DNA of 44,392 nt, the filler included, from an uncultured Methanosarcinales archaeon (GTDB taxonomy: Archaea; Nanobdellota; Nanobdellia; Woesearchaeales; JACPBV01): NCBI GenBank assembly GCA_964492935.1. It is 12 parts of 12 records of this genome, joined end to end, with 100 filler letters (N's around TTAATTAATTAA, not from the genome) between each part and the next. Parts side by side here need not be neighbours in the genome. Positions count along the whole stretch, not along the records: positions 25,118 to 29,717 come from CAZBLF010000047.1; positions 29,818 to 32,304 come from CAZBLF010000051.1; positions 32,405 to 34,813 come from CAZBLF010000052.1; positions 34,914 to 36,942 come from CAZBLF010000053.1; positions 37,043 to 38,976 come from CAZBLF010000054.1; 7 more parts are not named here. One strand, written 5' to 3'. Within the stretch, counting starts at the first letter, position 1; each line of letters begins with the position of its first letter. Position numbers and translations under genes: made by a program. A model generated the notes under the pieces. It saw only the letters and a program-made list of their open reading frames with translations. It was not told the origin of the DNA and did no database searches. This document shows, piece by piece, positions 26,622 through 37,290 of the stretch.

Positions 26622-28073
26622 ATGAAAAAAACAGGAATGCTTTTGAGTATAATGATGATCTTTTCAATCGTTGCAGTGTATGCGATTGAGAACTGTGCAG
26701 ATTTACAAACTAATGGTGAAAAAGACAAATGTTACATTGATCTAAGATTAAATGGGGGAGCTGATTCTCTTTGCGATGAAATCTCAAATAAATACCTCAA
26801 AGATTCCTGTATCTCTATTTCTAACTCAGGGATTAGTTATTTTTTTGTTATAGATGACAAATCTCCTGCAGAAGACATTATTCTTATTCAAGATATCCTC
26901 TCAGATGCACAGCTAGGCATCCCTTCAGGAAATGTTAAATTGAATAGTGAAGTCAATCGAGAGGATTTACCCAATAAAGTTACTACATTTATTTACCAGC
27001 AAAGTGCATTGATCATCGTTGGAGACACCGCTCCTACTGAGCATGTTGTATGGGCACAAAAAATTTCTAGCTATCTTCTTGGAAGGGATATTCCTGCTAC
27101 AATAAAATTAATCTCAGAAATTACGAGTGATGATTTCAAACAAGAAATAGTTCAGAAATTTTGTGGAAAAACCAACACATTGGGTAAGGATGAGACTAAA
27201 ACCTATAAGTTCCCAGATCATGATTATGAGATATCATTGAAGATTAGCAACCTGGGAGCAGTATTCACGATAAACGGAGAGGTAACTGATGCATTATCTG
27301 CAGGAACTAGCTTTTCACTCGTAGACGGAGAAGAACTCTTTGTTGATACTCTATCAGAAAGAGATAGTAAGTTTTGCATCAATGGAGGGCCAGGAGAGAT
27401 TATTAGTGCTCTTCCTCAGAAATTTTGTGGAAAAACCAACACCTTAGGTACGGGTGAGACTAAAACCTACAAGTTCCCAGATCATGACTATGAAATTTCA
27501 TTAACCATCAGTAATGGTAGAGCGTTATTTACAGTGAATGGAGAATTAACCGATGCATTGTCAGCAGGAACTAGTTTCTCCCTAGCAGATGGAGAAGAGT
27601 TCTTTGTTGATACTCTATCTACTAATGAAGGCAAATTCTGTATTAATGGGGGTCCGGGAAAAATTATTAGTGTACCCTCTATCGCAAAACCACCTGCATC
27701 GGTAGCACCAGCAAAAAGAGCGATAATGCCTTCCGTTAAGCCGGTAGAGAATGAACCTGATGAATGTAGCACTAGGACAGACTGTGACGACGACAATGCT
27801 TGTACTTCCGATTTGTGCTCAGGAAGTCCTAAAAAGTGCTCTCACATCGAAGCAAGTTTAGGTTGCAACTACAATGGGAGTTGTATCCCAGCGAGCATAA
27901 GATATGGTGGAATGTATTGCGAAGTAGACAGGACGATGCAATCACAAAAAGAGGAAGCGAGTGATTGCAATAATAACTATGAATGTGATAGCAATGTGTG
28001 CGTAAACAGCACGTGTATCAGTCCAAGTTTTATCCAAAGGTTTATTGAGTGGTTTGGTAAGATATTCGGTTAG
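26622..28073 (+). CDS. Secreted surface protein with a tandem ~88-aa duplication and Cys-rich C-terminus
   Basis: Signal peptide; QKFCGKTNTLG...FCINGGPG twice; CDDDNACTSDLC; amphipathic FIEWFGKIFG tail. Confidence 0.85.
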   Translation: MKKTGMLLSIMMIFSIVAVYAIENCADLQTNGEKDKCYIDLRLNGGADSLCDEISNKYLKDSCISISNSGISYFFVIDDKSPAEDIILIQDILSDAQLGIPSGNVKLNSEVNREDLPNKVTTFIYQQSALIIVGDTAPTEHVVWAQKISSYLLGRDIPATIKLISEITSDDFKQEIVQKFCGKTNTLGKDETKTYKFPDHDYEISLKISNLGAVFTINGEVTDALSAGTSFSLVDGEELFVDTLSERDSKFCINGGPGEIISALPQKFCGKTNTLGTGETKTYKFPDHDYEISLTISNGRALFTVNGELTDALSAGTSFSLADGEEFFVDTLSTNEGKFCINGGPGKIISVPSIAKPPASVAPAKRAIMPSVKPVENEPDECSTRTDCDDDNACTSDLCSGSPKKCSHIEASLGCNYNGSCIPASIRYGGMYCEVDRTMQSQKEEASDCNNNYECDSNVCVNSTCISPSFIQRFIEWFGKIFG

Positions 28074-28135
28074 GTGATATTACAAAATGGTAGACACCAA
28101 TATCTGCGCTCAGTAGAAATTGTAAAAACACATCA

Positions 28136-28543
28136 TTACTTATTTCTATCAAAAAACCAACCTATTAAGGCGAGAATGAAGGATAGTAAACTTCCTATTC
28201 CCATAACTCCAATCACAATTATCAATCCCATCAGTTCTCCAGAAATAGCAACGATAGTGAACATGATGAGTGTAGCAATTATTGTTAAGATGATCCCCCA
28301 TCCAAAAAAGGTTAAGGTTTTCTTATATCGGTTGAAGAATGTTGGATCCTTAAGTAATCTGTAAGATGCATACGTGCCCAGTATAGTGGGTAATATTATC
28401 CATGCTGAAAACTGTAATCCATCTGGATCAGCAACATTTCCTAATCTAATAAGCTGTCCTATGCTTGAAACAGAAGCCGACAGGAGTTGGATTATTCCTG
28501 CAACGGTGAATAGCGATATTAATGCAGTAATTAACTTCTTCAT
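28136..28543 (-). CDS. Four-TM membrane protein
   Basis: 135 aa, hydrophobic; TTTAAATA box upstream on the minus strand. Confidence 0.75.
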   Translation of the reverse strand: MKKLITALISLFTVAGIIQLLSASVSSIGQLIRLGNVADPDGLQFSAWIILPTILGTYASYRLLKDPTFFNRYKKTLTFFGWGIILTIIATLIMFTIVAISGELMGLIIVIGVMGIGSLLSFILALIGWFFDRNK

Positions 28544-28636
28544 GGGTTGGACTAGTGAAGAATATATTTAAATCCTTCGATTTATACTAGCATCTTCTCG
28601 CTTTTAGCTTTCTCTGTCTATTTCATTTTCTTAAAG

Positions 28637-28660
28637 TAAACAATCAGATGATTATTTACT
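28637..28660. repeat. 24-bp palindromic site, right (inverted relative to left)
   Basis: TAAACAATCAGATGATTATTTACT. Confidence 0.75.
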
Positions 28661-28709
28661 CTAAATTAGTTTAGCAACTATTATAAACTTCAATTCTAAA
28701 TAATCAGGA

Positions 28710-29306
28710 ATGAAACCCCTAATCGTATACGCACATCCTCCGGGAGACTCCCACTGTTCTATGCTTCTAGACGAAACCAAAAAATACCTCAATAAACAAA
28801 AGATCAAATACAATCTCATAGATCTCTACAAAATCAAATACGATCCCGTCTTACATAAGGAAGAACACTACACCGCAGGCGGATACGAAATCACCAAACA
28901 AAACAAACAGTTCCAAGATTTGGTAAAAAACACCAACAAACTCATCTTCATCCATCCCGTCTGGTGGAATTCAACGCCAGCAATCTTAAAAGGATTCTTC
29001 GACAAGGTTTTTACAGCGAGATTCGCCTTCAGATTCATCAAACCCAAATGGAGCCCAATAGCAATTCCAAAACCACTCCTAAAAGGAAAAAAGGCAATCG
29101 TCTTCATGTCCGGCGGCACCAACAAACTCCTATCATTAATTTTCACCGGTTGGAGAGTAAGAAAAGTTGTACAAAAAGACACCCTACAATTCTTCGGCAT
29201 CAAGACAAAAACCTATCTTATGGGTTCCGCAACCCAGATGACTGAAAGACACAAAGCAATGGCACCCAAGATGGCAAAGAAAGCTCTAAAATGGCTTCTT
29301 AAATAG
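28710..29306 (+). CDS. NAD(P)H dehydrogenase (quinone), flavodoxin-2 family
   Basis: IVYAHP, DLY, HPVWWNSTPAILKGFFDKVF, LKGKKA. Confidence 0.92.
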   Translation: MKPLIVYAHPPGDSHCSMLLDETKKYLNKQKIKYNLIDLYKIKYDPVLHKEEHYTAGGYEITKQNKQFQDLVKNTNKLIFIHPVWWNSTPAILKGFFDKVFTARFAFRFIKPKWSPIAIPKPLLKGKKAIVFMSGGTNKLLSLIFTGWRVRKVVQKDTLQFFGIKTKTYLMGSATQMTERHKAMAPKMAKKALKWLLK

Positions 29307-29341
29307 TTAGGTTTAAAAACAAGCTCAGATTGCAATACCTC

Positions 29342-29536
29342 ATGGCAAAGAAACTAGCAAACAAAACAAGTAAAGAACTCCTAAGCGAGCCAGAAATCAA
29401 AGAGAAAGGTATGAACAAGAAAGACTTCTCTGCTTCCTGGAACGGTAGAATCAACATTCTAAACCCTGAGAAATCTCTTATTGCAGAGAAAACACACATG
29501 GCCAAAGAAGGCGAATACGCCATCAAAGTCCGTTAA
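29342..29536 (+). CDS. spt4: Transcription elongation factor Spt4 (RpoE''), lacking Zn-binding cysteines
   Basis: FSASWNGRINILNPEKSLIAEK...EGEYAIKVR matches the archaeal Spt4 C-terminus. Confidence 0.85.
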   Translation: MAKKLANKTSKELLSEPEIKEKGMNKKDFSASWNGRINILNPEKSLIAEKTHMAKEGEYAIKVR

Positions 29537-29541
29537 TTCTC

Positions 29542-29717
29542 ATGAATCCTACTGAGTACCTCAAACAAGAACAAGAACTTCTAGCTAGCTTTCCAGAAAA
29601 ACGAGAAATGCTAGAATTACTAGTAGAATACGGAAAAGAACTAGGCGACTTTCCCAAAGCACAAGAAAAAGAAGAAAACAGCGTACCCGGCTGCGTCTCC
29701 AATGTTTATATCACCGC
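29542..29717 (+). CDS. sufE: SufE family protein (3' partial)
   Basis: LLVEYGKEL...ENSVPGCVSNVYI. Confidence 0.8.
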
Positions 29718-29971
29718 NNNNNNNNNNNNNNNNNNNNNNNNNNNNNNNNNNNNNNNNNNNNTTAATTAATTAANNNNNNNNNNNNNNNNNNNNNNNNNNN
29801 NNNNNNNNNNNNNNNNNCGACGGCGAGCTTAACATGACACTGCTTGTTTGTAACCAAATTTCGGAGAAGGTTCGGCCCCCAGTAGCCGACACCGATTTGA
29901 GCAATAGTTAATTCAGAATTCAAAACACAATGGAGAAGGGGCTAAAGCACTAAATTGAGAGACTAAATAAC

Positions 29972-30976
29972 TCAAATATTGTAAAATTCTTTGTACCAAT
30001 CTAAAAACTCTCTAATCCCCTCACCAATGGTAGTAGATGGTTTATAGCCTAAAACTTCTTCCAATTCGTCTACATCCGCATGTGATGCAACCACATCCCC
30101 CGGTTGCAGAGGCATGAAGTTAATCTCAGCCTTTATTCCCAGCCTTTTTTCTATTTCGTTAATAAAATCCATGAGTTTAACAGGGCTATTGTTACCAATA
30201 TTGTAGAGCTTGAATGGCGCTTTGCTTGATGAGGGATCAGGAACCTTACCGTTCCAATGATTTAAGCTTTTTGGGGGCAAATCCAATAGAGACAACACAC
30301 CGTTAATGATATCATCGATATACGTGAAATCCCGACTCATCTCTCCCTTGTTATACACCTCAATAGGTTTACCTTCCAAAATCGCTTTTGTAAACAGAAA
30401 CAGCGCCATGTCGGGCCTGCCCCACGGACCATATACTGTAAAGAAGCGAAGGCCGGTCGTAGGTAAATCGTAGAGATGAGAATAGGTGTGAGCCATGAGT
30501 TCATTAGATCGTTTTGTGGCACCATAAAGGCTAATTGGATGATCTACATTGTGCTGCGTTGAGAACGGCATCTTTTCATTCATTCCATAAACCGAGGAGC
30601 TGCTGGCATAGACAAGATGCTCAACATCGTGATGCCTGCAGACTTCCAATATATTGAAGAATCCGATCGAATTACTCTCCATATAAGCTTTCGGGTTTAC
30701 AAGGGAATACCTGACACCCGCCTGAGCAGCCAAGTGAACCACTAGCCGGGGATTGTGATCAGCAAACACTTTGGCTAGCGTTTGTTCATCTAAAAGATCA
30801 TTACGAAAAAACTCGAATTTTTCATAACCATTTAGAACACCTAAGCGAGCTTCTTTAAGTTCAGGATCGTAATAGTCGTTTACATTATCGTACCCGATAA
30901 CATCATGACCAGTATCAAGCAACTTTTGAGCTAAATGAAACCCTATAAATCCGGCCGCACCGGTAACGAAGATCAT
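29972..30976 (-). CDS. NAD-dependent epimerase (UDP-glucuronate 4-epimerase type)
   Basis: TGAAGFIG, HLAAQAGVRYS, YGATK, RFFTVYGPWGRPDMA. Confidence 0.95.
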   Translation of the reverse strand: MIFVTGAAGFIGFHLAQKLLDTGHDVIGYDNVNDYYDPELKEARLGVLNGYEKFEFFRNDLLDEQTLAKVFADHNPRLVVHLAAQAGVRYSLVNPKAYMESNSIGFFNILEVCRHHDVEHLVYASSSSVYGMNEKMPFSTQHNVDHPISLYGATKRSNELMAHTYSHLYDLPTTGLRFFTVYGPWGRPDMALFLFTKAILEGKPIEVYNKGEMSRDFTYIDDIINGVLSLLDLPPKSLNHWNGKVPDPSSSKAPFKLYNIGNNSPVKLMDFINEIEKRLGIKAEINFMPLQPGDVVASHADVDELEEVLGYKPSTTIGEGIREFLDWYKEFYNI

Positions 30977-31033
30977 AGAGATTTATTTTTTGTAGAGTGG
31001 AAAGTTGACAGAAAGATAAAAAGAAGTGAAAAC

Positions 31034-32266
31034 TTAACCTTTGAAGGATCTTTTCCTTCTGAACAGTGCACTTATTCTAATTGAGGAAACAAATTTCCTT
31101 AAGTTCAACGTAGCTTTTTCCTTTACATCCTTAAGTCGTCTCTTTTCATCTTCTTCAATTATTGAGAAATAACCCTTAGCAAAAGCGATGACGAATCCAA
31201 AACCTAAACCGGCAATTGTGGCTAGAAATACGAATTTCGGACTTCTTAAAGCGCTGGCTTTAACTTCAGATGGCCCTAGAGGAGGAATAGGATAATCCAC
31301 AATCAAAGGTTCTGATGTTGAATTATCATTTTGTTCTATTTTCACAGTTTCTAATTGACCAATAAGCGATGTATAAATTCCCCGATAGAGGCTTACTGGT
31401 TGTTGAACTTCTTCTAATTCCCATTGCAACCTTAGACTGGAAACTGTCCGGTTCGCTTCCGTGAACACCCTGTATTTCTCTTTGGCGATATCGAGTTCTT
31501 TTCCGATGACTTCTATTCTCTCTTCTATATATTGGCGTTTTTCCTGAAGATTTCTGTCATGAAAATATTTTGTGAATTTCTGTAGTTCCTCAAGTAGAAT
31601 GTAACATATATCGACAGAGAGATAAGGTTCAAAGGTTGTAACTGTTAGAGTCTGAAAGGAACCAGAAGAACCGAACTTTATCATCGTTGAAAGAACTCCC
31701 ATATTTTCCATTATCAAAGTGTCCAAACCTACATCCGGTTCTTCCTGAACTTCTTTTTTTGTCCCAAAAACTTTCTGCCAGATGGTAGGTGGTTTCTCTG
31801 CCTTATCCTTTATTACAAGCTGATTGATCTCTAGGAGCGTCTTTTGTTCCCCATATCTTTCCGTATCATACTTGGTTAGCAGCATTCTTTTGGCAAAAGC
31901 GTGGCTCGACAAGAGCTCAGGCCATATTGCCGGCGTTGTGAGACTTGCAGCGCCACTACCTGAAGAGGGAGGAGAAACGGCTCCACGAATTAATTGAGCA
32001 ATTGCTCCACCCCCACCACCTTTATCTGGCTCTGCATCCGCAGTTGCTCCAGGAAAACCACCGCTTCCTGGGACAATCAGTTTTGCAACAGTTGTATATG
32101 TTAGATCTATCTGCCGTAATTCTTTCTCTGGGAGCATGAGCAAGACCAGAAAGTTAGAAGAGCCGAGAAAGAAACAAACGATTGTCGATTTCACTATAAT
32201 GTTCACATTGTCCGCTATGGGTGCGAGAATCTCTGAAAGATGAAAGGTCTTCTCCTTTTCCATCAT
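31034..32266 (-). CDS. Wzz/Wzc-like polysaccharide chain-length regulator
   Basis: Two TM segments flanking a coiled-coil domain; IVDYPIPPLGPS before TM2. Confidence 0.75.
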   Translation of the reverse strand: MMEKEKTFHLSEILAPIADNVNIIVKSTIVCFFLGSSNFLVLLMLPEKELRQIDLTYTTVAKLIVPGSGGFPGATADAEPDKGGGGGAIAQLIRGAVSPPSSGSGAASLTTPAIWPELLSSHAFAKRMLLTKYDTERYGEQKTLLEINQLVIKDKAEKPPTIWQKVFGTKKEVQEEPDVGLDTLIMENMGVLSTMIKFGSSGSFQTLTVTTFEPYLSVDICYILLEELQKFTKYFHDRNLQEKRQYIEERIEVIGKELDIAKEKYRVFTEANRTVSSLRLQWELEEVQQPVSLYRGIYTSLIGQLETVKIEQNDNSTSEPLIVDYPIPPLGPSEVKASALRSPKFVFLATIAGLGFGFVIAFAKGYFSIIEEDEKRRLKDVKEKATLNLRKFVSSIRISALFRRKRSFKG

Positions 32267-32404
32267 GAAAGGAGGGAGAGGAACTGCCGTTTCCCGCCCG
32301 TCTTNNNNNNNNNNNNNNNNNNNNNNNNNNNNNNNNNNNNNNNNNNNNTTAATTAATTAANNNNNNNNNNNNNNNNNNNNNNNNNNNNNNNNNNNNNNNN
32401 NNNN

Positions 32405-34209
32405 GCCTTCGTCGCCAAGATTAACTGTCTCAGTTGCGCAGGATCCTTAAGGATCGGAGAGTCATATTCTCCCTTGCTTACCATATTCCACAATTCGTCA
32501 GTTCGTCTTTCCGTGAGAAGACCCATTTTTATGAAAGTATTATTAGTTGTCGCGACTAAAGTTTTCGCTTCCGCCATCTGTCGATTGGTAATATATCGGT
32601 GTTGTTCACAATCCTTCATATCCTGATAGGGCCAATAAAGGGTGTAGAGAATCAATTCATGTTCATCTTTTATAAAATGTAACAAAAGGGCCTTCTCAAT
32701 TTCCCACTGGCCGCCGAGTTTGAACCCTAGAACGCCCGTCATGCGACCATACCAAAGCCTTTCCATATATTGGCATGCTCTTTCACCTTTTTCCTTTGCA
32801 ACTGATCGCAGACGTCTCAGCATTGCATCGATTTGGCTATTCAGCTCAGCATCTGTCAAATCCTTAAAGTACTTGGTAACGGGTTTAGGCGATTTCCCTC
32901 GTCTGATGAGATCTCGAATCTGTTTCGATCTTGCCTGATCAATCACCCCGATCGAAGTAATAGCCCCTTCAAGATCAGATACGAACGGTCCAAAAAACTT
33001 AGGGGTCTTCCCGGACGCCCCTGCCGTCTTGTAACATTCCTCGAAAATGTGATTCTGCACCAGATTAAGAACGTAAACCCCTTCTTGTTCAGTCGGATCA
33101 TCTAGTGCTTGAATAGCTCTCTTTACTTCAGCTGAAGTTGGCGCAACAAACTCATTTCCCGACGTTCCTTGTGCTAGTGTTATCTGCCCCCCTGACATTG
33201 AACCACTACCACTGGATTTAGCTGCACCTTCCGATTTCTCAACCATCTGGGTTAGTTGGGAAGAGTGTTCTTTATTAGACAACTCACTAATCTGTGTTTT
33301 GTAATCTTCTTCTTTCTCTAAGAGTGACTCATATTCCTTCTTAAGTTGTCCATGCTCGGCAAGCAGATCGTTATAGTGCTGCTCATAATATGCTTTATCT
33401 CTCCCTTTTTTCTTCAATTCCCGGATTTTCTTTTTGTATTCTTTTTCTTTTAGATAAACCGTTTCATACTTTTCTCTATAGACTTCTTCCATCTTTTTCG
33501 TATTTTGTAACTTCGACTCACATTGAGATAAATTAGTTGAACATAGTCCACCAGATTTTTTCTTTGGCACGAGGTTTGGTGGAAGATTCCTAGCATATTT
33601 AAGCGTTTCCTTTGTTTTATCATCAAGTACAATATTGACTAAAATGGCATCTTTAAAGTTGACGCCATTTACATCAGTATCCAAAAGAATCGCGTTAGTT
33701 AGATTTGCCCCTCTAAAATCTGAACGCTTAAAATCCGATCCGCTAAGATCTGCTCCTGTTAAATCAGCGCCAGCCAGTTCTGAAAACCTGAGATTTAGAT
33801 TACGCAAGTTCGCACCACTTAGATTACATTGTTCGCATTTTCCTTTTTTCTTAAATTTCTCCAAATCATTCTGATCAGCCACTACTTGTTTGGACTCTTG
33901 GTTCGTTACATTCGCGTCTTGCCATTGCGCCAGCTCTTCGTCAGATTCGAAATACTTGCCCTTGTACATATTGCACATTTTGGCGAGCATCCCTCGACTA
34001 GGATTATCATCACGCACATAACAGGCGACCAACCCGGAGACCGAAACATTCTTTAACTCCCCTTTCAACACTTGTATACAACCGAAGTATTTTTGTGTTT
34101 TTTCATCCTCCGAAAGGACACAAGATAATCCTGCTTCCACTGTCCCTGAGTAACTCAACAAAAAAGATAACAAACAAACGCCGATAACAGAGATTGATAA
34201 CTTCTTCAT
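32405..34209 (-). CDS. Secreted pentapeptide-repeat and coiled-coil protein (3' partial)
   Basis: Signal peptide; CEQCNLSGANLRNLNL...ADLTGADLSGSDF repeats. Confidence 0.8.
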
Positions 34210-34443
34210 AGTTTTATCCTCAAAGACAATCCACCACTCCAATCACCGAGATGACCGGTAGTGATAGAGAAAGAGAAGAATCCACACCAGAAAATGCAGA
34301 TACAAAAGAACTAGAACGATTGAAACCCTCTGCTGCTGCAAGAACACCGAGAAGACCGACCACTAACAGAATCCTCCTAATTATCCCCAGTGAGAATGAT
34401 GGGGGATGTGGGAAACAATTTCCTTTCCCTAATACAAGATAAT

Positions 34444-34767
34444 TTAACAACCCGCTTTCTTTGTAGATTCAGCTGTAAGTTTCAATATTTCTGGGCGCAT
34501 TTTTTTCTTGGCGCTTTCGTCTAGGGAATTAGCGTAGTCTTTAATTCTCCCATAAGCCACCTGCATTTCATTAGCCTTCGCCTGCAGTTCAGCCAGTTTC
34601 GCCAATTTTTCTGCGTCCGATAAATCTTGTTTATCTAGTTTTTCAATCACGCAAGCATATTTAGTCGTATAAACGATGGCATCGCTAATTTCATCGGGAA
34701 TAGACTCTCCGCAGCCGGCAAGAAGGAATACACACACCGTTAAGATTATGAGTTCACATTTTTTCAC
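34444..34767 (-). CDS. Lipoprotein
   Basis: FLLAGC lipobox; GAGG SD before GTG. Confidence 0.7.
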   Translation of the reverse strand: MKKCELIILTVCVFLLAGCGESIPDEISDAIVYTTKYACVIEKLDKQDLSDAEKLAKLAELQAKANEMQVAYGRIKDYANSLDESAKKKMRPEILKLTAESTKKAGC

Positions 34768-34913
34768 TTCGTTATCCTCTAAGTTTTGATTTGAAGTAAT
34801 TGTTTCCCTCGCGNNNNNNNNNNNNNNNNNNNNNNNNNNNNNNNNNNNNNNNNNNNNTTAATTAATTAANNNNNNNNNNNNNNNNNNNNNNNNNNNNNNN
34901 NNNNNNNNNNNNN

Positions 34914-35136
34914 TGCGGGGAAAGAAAAGATTGTGATTGCTGGTTTTAAGAATAAGGAGCGGAGCTTTGGTGGGTTGACGTGTTATCGCGCTGTATTGAA
35001 TAAACAGGAGGTTGCGATTGCGGTTCCGGATCGAACGGCGCATAGTGGCGATACGCTTGAGGTGATTTCTGCTGTTAATTTACGTCAGAAATTTTCGTTG
35101 AACGATGGAGATCGGATTGAGGTGAAGCCGTTATGA
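34914..35136 (+). CDS. ribK: CTP-dependent riboflavin kinase (5' partial)
   Basis: GF...RSFGG, PDRTAH, LEVISAVNLRQKFSLNDGD. Confidence 0.85.
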
Positions 35137-35597
35137 AGATTGGGATCGCGGATACGATGTTCTCTACCGTTGATATGTTTAGCTTTGCGGAGATGGCTGT
35201 TAATGACAGTAAGGAGTCTCTTACTATTGAACGATATACGGTTCCCGGGTTTAAGGATTTGCCGGTGGCTGCTAAGAAACTGATTGAGGAATTTGATTGT
35301 GCTATTGTTGTTGCGTTAGGGATGGCTGGAAAGGAGGAGATTGATCGTATTTGTGCTACTGAAGCTTCGACTGGTTTAATTCAGGCTGAACTTCTTACTA
35401 ATACACATATCTTGAAGGTGTTCGTGCATATGGATGAGGCTACTTCGGATGAGGATTTGGTTGCTTTAACTAAAGATAGAGTTTATAAGCACACACAGAA
35501 TGCTATTGCTCTGATGAAAGGTAAAACTGAACTGAGTAAGGATTCTGGCAAAGGTATACGTCAGGGTCGTAAGCATGTGGGTGGGATTTCCCAATGA
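35133..35597 (+). CDS. ribC: Archaeal riboflavin synthase
   Basis: KIGIADTMFS, RYTVPGFKDLPVAAKKLIEE, VFVHMDE, GIRQG. Confidence 0.92.
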   Translation: MKIGIADTMFSTVDMFSFAEMAVNDSKESLTIERYTVPGFKDLPVAAKKLIEEFDCAIVVALGMAGKEEIDRICATEASTGLIQAELLTNTHILKVFVHMDEATSDEDLVALTKDRVYKHTQNAIALMKGKTELSKDSGKGIRQGRKHVGGISQ

Positions 35598-36373
35598 AAG
35601 GACGCAAATTGGGGAAACTTTTTGTTTCTCTTTTTCATACCACTCCTGCAGAGCGTACTCAATACTCGATTGCCGATATTCGTTCAAGAAGAGGGTTTCC
35701 TATTGTGGGAGTTATAGGGAGCAGTAGAATATTAGGTGATTCTAACGTTGAACATGCAGCTGCTCGCGCTGGTTATCTTGCACGAGGTATGCTTGAAGAT
35801 TCTGGTGCTATCATGATGGGTGGTTCGGAAGGGGTAGGTAATATCGCTTATGAGGGGCTTCCGTTTTATGATGTAGATGAGCTTCCGGGAGAGACTACCT
35901 CTCTTGGGGAGAACTGGAATCCCTATGGTGGCGTCTGGCTAAGATGTTTTGATGAAAAACTTCTTAGCGATAGAACGTTTATTCTTTTGCCGGATGATTC
36001 CTATGTAAGATTGCAGGTGGATAGAGCTCTCGAAGAAGGCAAACCTGATTATGTTTCTCCACTCTTTCATTTAGAGAGTGATCAGGTCATCCCCGGTGAC
36101 TATCCCTTGCATCCAAGCTACGAATTTGCGGGGGCTGACTATGGAAAGCGACCTGCTGCAATGGCTGAGCTCGGTGATGCGTTTGTGATGATTGCGGGGA
36201 GTGACAATACTAGACTTGAGGCTGAAGCGGTGCTTCGTAATTTCAAACCGTTGTTTGTTGTTCGTGGTACGGGTGGCGTAGCTGATGAATATGTTGATCA
36301 CGATTCTCAAAATGTCCATGTTCTTGATTCTGTCGAGGAACTACCTTCTCGATTGGAAGAGGTATTAGCATGA
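35594..36373 (+). CDS. SLOG/LOG-superfamily nucleotide-binding protein
   Basis: IVGVIGSS, MGGSEGV, R...GDAFVMIAGSDNTRLE, KPLFVVRGTGGVAD; ATGA-coupled on both sides. Confidence 0.7.
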   Translation: MKGRKLGKLFVSLFHTTPAERTQYSIADIRSRRGFPIVGVIGSSRILGDSNVEHAAARAGYLARGMLEDSGAIMMGGSEGVGNIAYEGLPFYDVDELPGETTSLGENWNPYGGVWLRCFDEKLLSDRTFILLPDDSYVRLQVDRALEEGKPDYVSPLFHLESDQVIPGDYPLHPSYEFAGADYGKRPAAMAELGDAFVMIAGSDNTRLEAEAVLRNFKPLFVVRGTGGVADEYVDHDSQNVHVLDSVEELPSRLEEVLA

Positions 36374-36768
36374 ACATCGGTATTGTTGTGGCGGATTTTA
36401 ATGGTGAAATTACTTCGGAGATGTTGGGGTTTGCAGAGAACGAAGCAAGTGTGCTGAAGCTGAATGTGGGTAAGATCTTTCATGTGCCTGGTTTGTATGA
36501 TGTTCCATTAGGTGTTCGAAGGATATTGGATGATCCTGAGATTAAGGGAGTTGTGGTGTTGGGTGCGGTTATTACGGGAGAGACTGGGCACGATGTGTTG
36601 ATTACGGAGGCTACTGCAAAAACATTGCAGACAATTTCTATTAAGACGAATGTTCCGATTACGCTTGGGGTGATTGGACCTGGTGCTTCTCGAGAGCAAG
36701 TTGTGGCAAGAAAGGAAAAGTATGCTCGGAATGCGGTTAAGGCGTTGCAACAGATGTTGAGCCTATAG
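36370..36768 (+). CDS. ribH: 6,7-dimethyl-8-ribityllumazine synthase
   Basis: IVVADFN, VPGLYDVP, LGAVITGETGHD, PITLGVIGPG. Confidence 0.93.
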   Translation: MNIGIVVADFNGEITSEMLGFAENEASVLKLNVGKIFHVPGLYDVPLGVRRILDDPEIKGVVVLGAVITGETGHDVLITEATAKTLQTISIKTNVPITLGVIGPGASREQVVARKEKYARNAVKALQQMLSL

Positions 36769-36853
36769 AAGTCAATACTCTATGATGATTGAGCACATTT
36801 CTTTCTCCCGTGGAAAACAAATATTTTTATAGTTCTTTTCCTTACCTCTTGTT

Positions 36854-36942
36854 ATGAAGGCCACTCGAGTACAGGGGTTCATTCTTTTTACATTAGGGAA
36901 ATGGTTTGAGGAGGCTAATCGGAAAATTGCCGGCAAGCCGTT
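36854..36942 (+). CDS. Start of a hypothetical protein (3' partial)
   Basis: ATG after a TTTTTATA box; frame open to the contig end. Confidence 0.4.
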
Positions 36943-37042
36943 NNNNNNNNNNNNNNNNNNNNNNNNNNNNNNNNNNNNNNNNNNNNTTAATTAATTAANN
37001 NNNNNNNNNNNNNNNNNNNNNNNNNNNNNNNNNNNNNNNNNN

Positions 37043-37278
37043 AGCAGGGGAAAAAAGGTTTTGATTTTCGCGAGGTAGTGACTGAAATTAATCGATTAAC
37101 TTCTTTCAATGACCGGCTGCATTTTATGGAATGCTTTTTTGCGATGGCCACCGCAGATGGTGAGATTGCCCATGAAGAGTCTGAAGAAATCAGGCGGATT
37201 ACTAAATCGATGCGAATTCCCCACAAAAATTTTATTCAAGCGAAGGTGCGCGCAGAAAAAGTCCTTAACAAACAATAG
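37043..37278 (+). CDS. TerB-like protein C-terminus (5' partial)
   Basis: FAMATADGEIAHEESEEIRRITKSMRI. Confidence 0.7.
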
Positions 37279-37290
37279 CTTCCAAAACAT

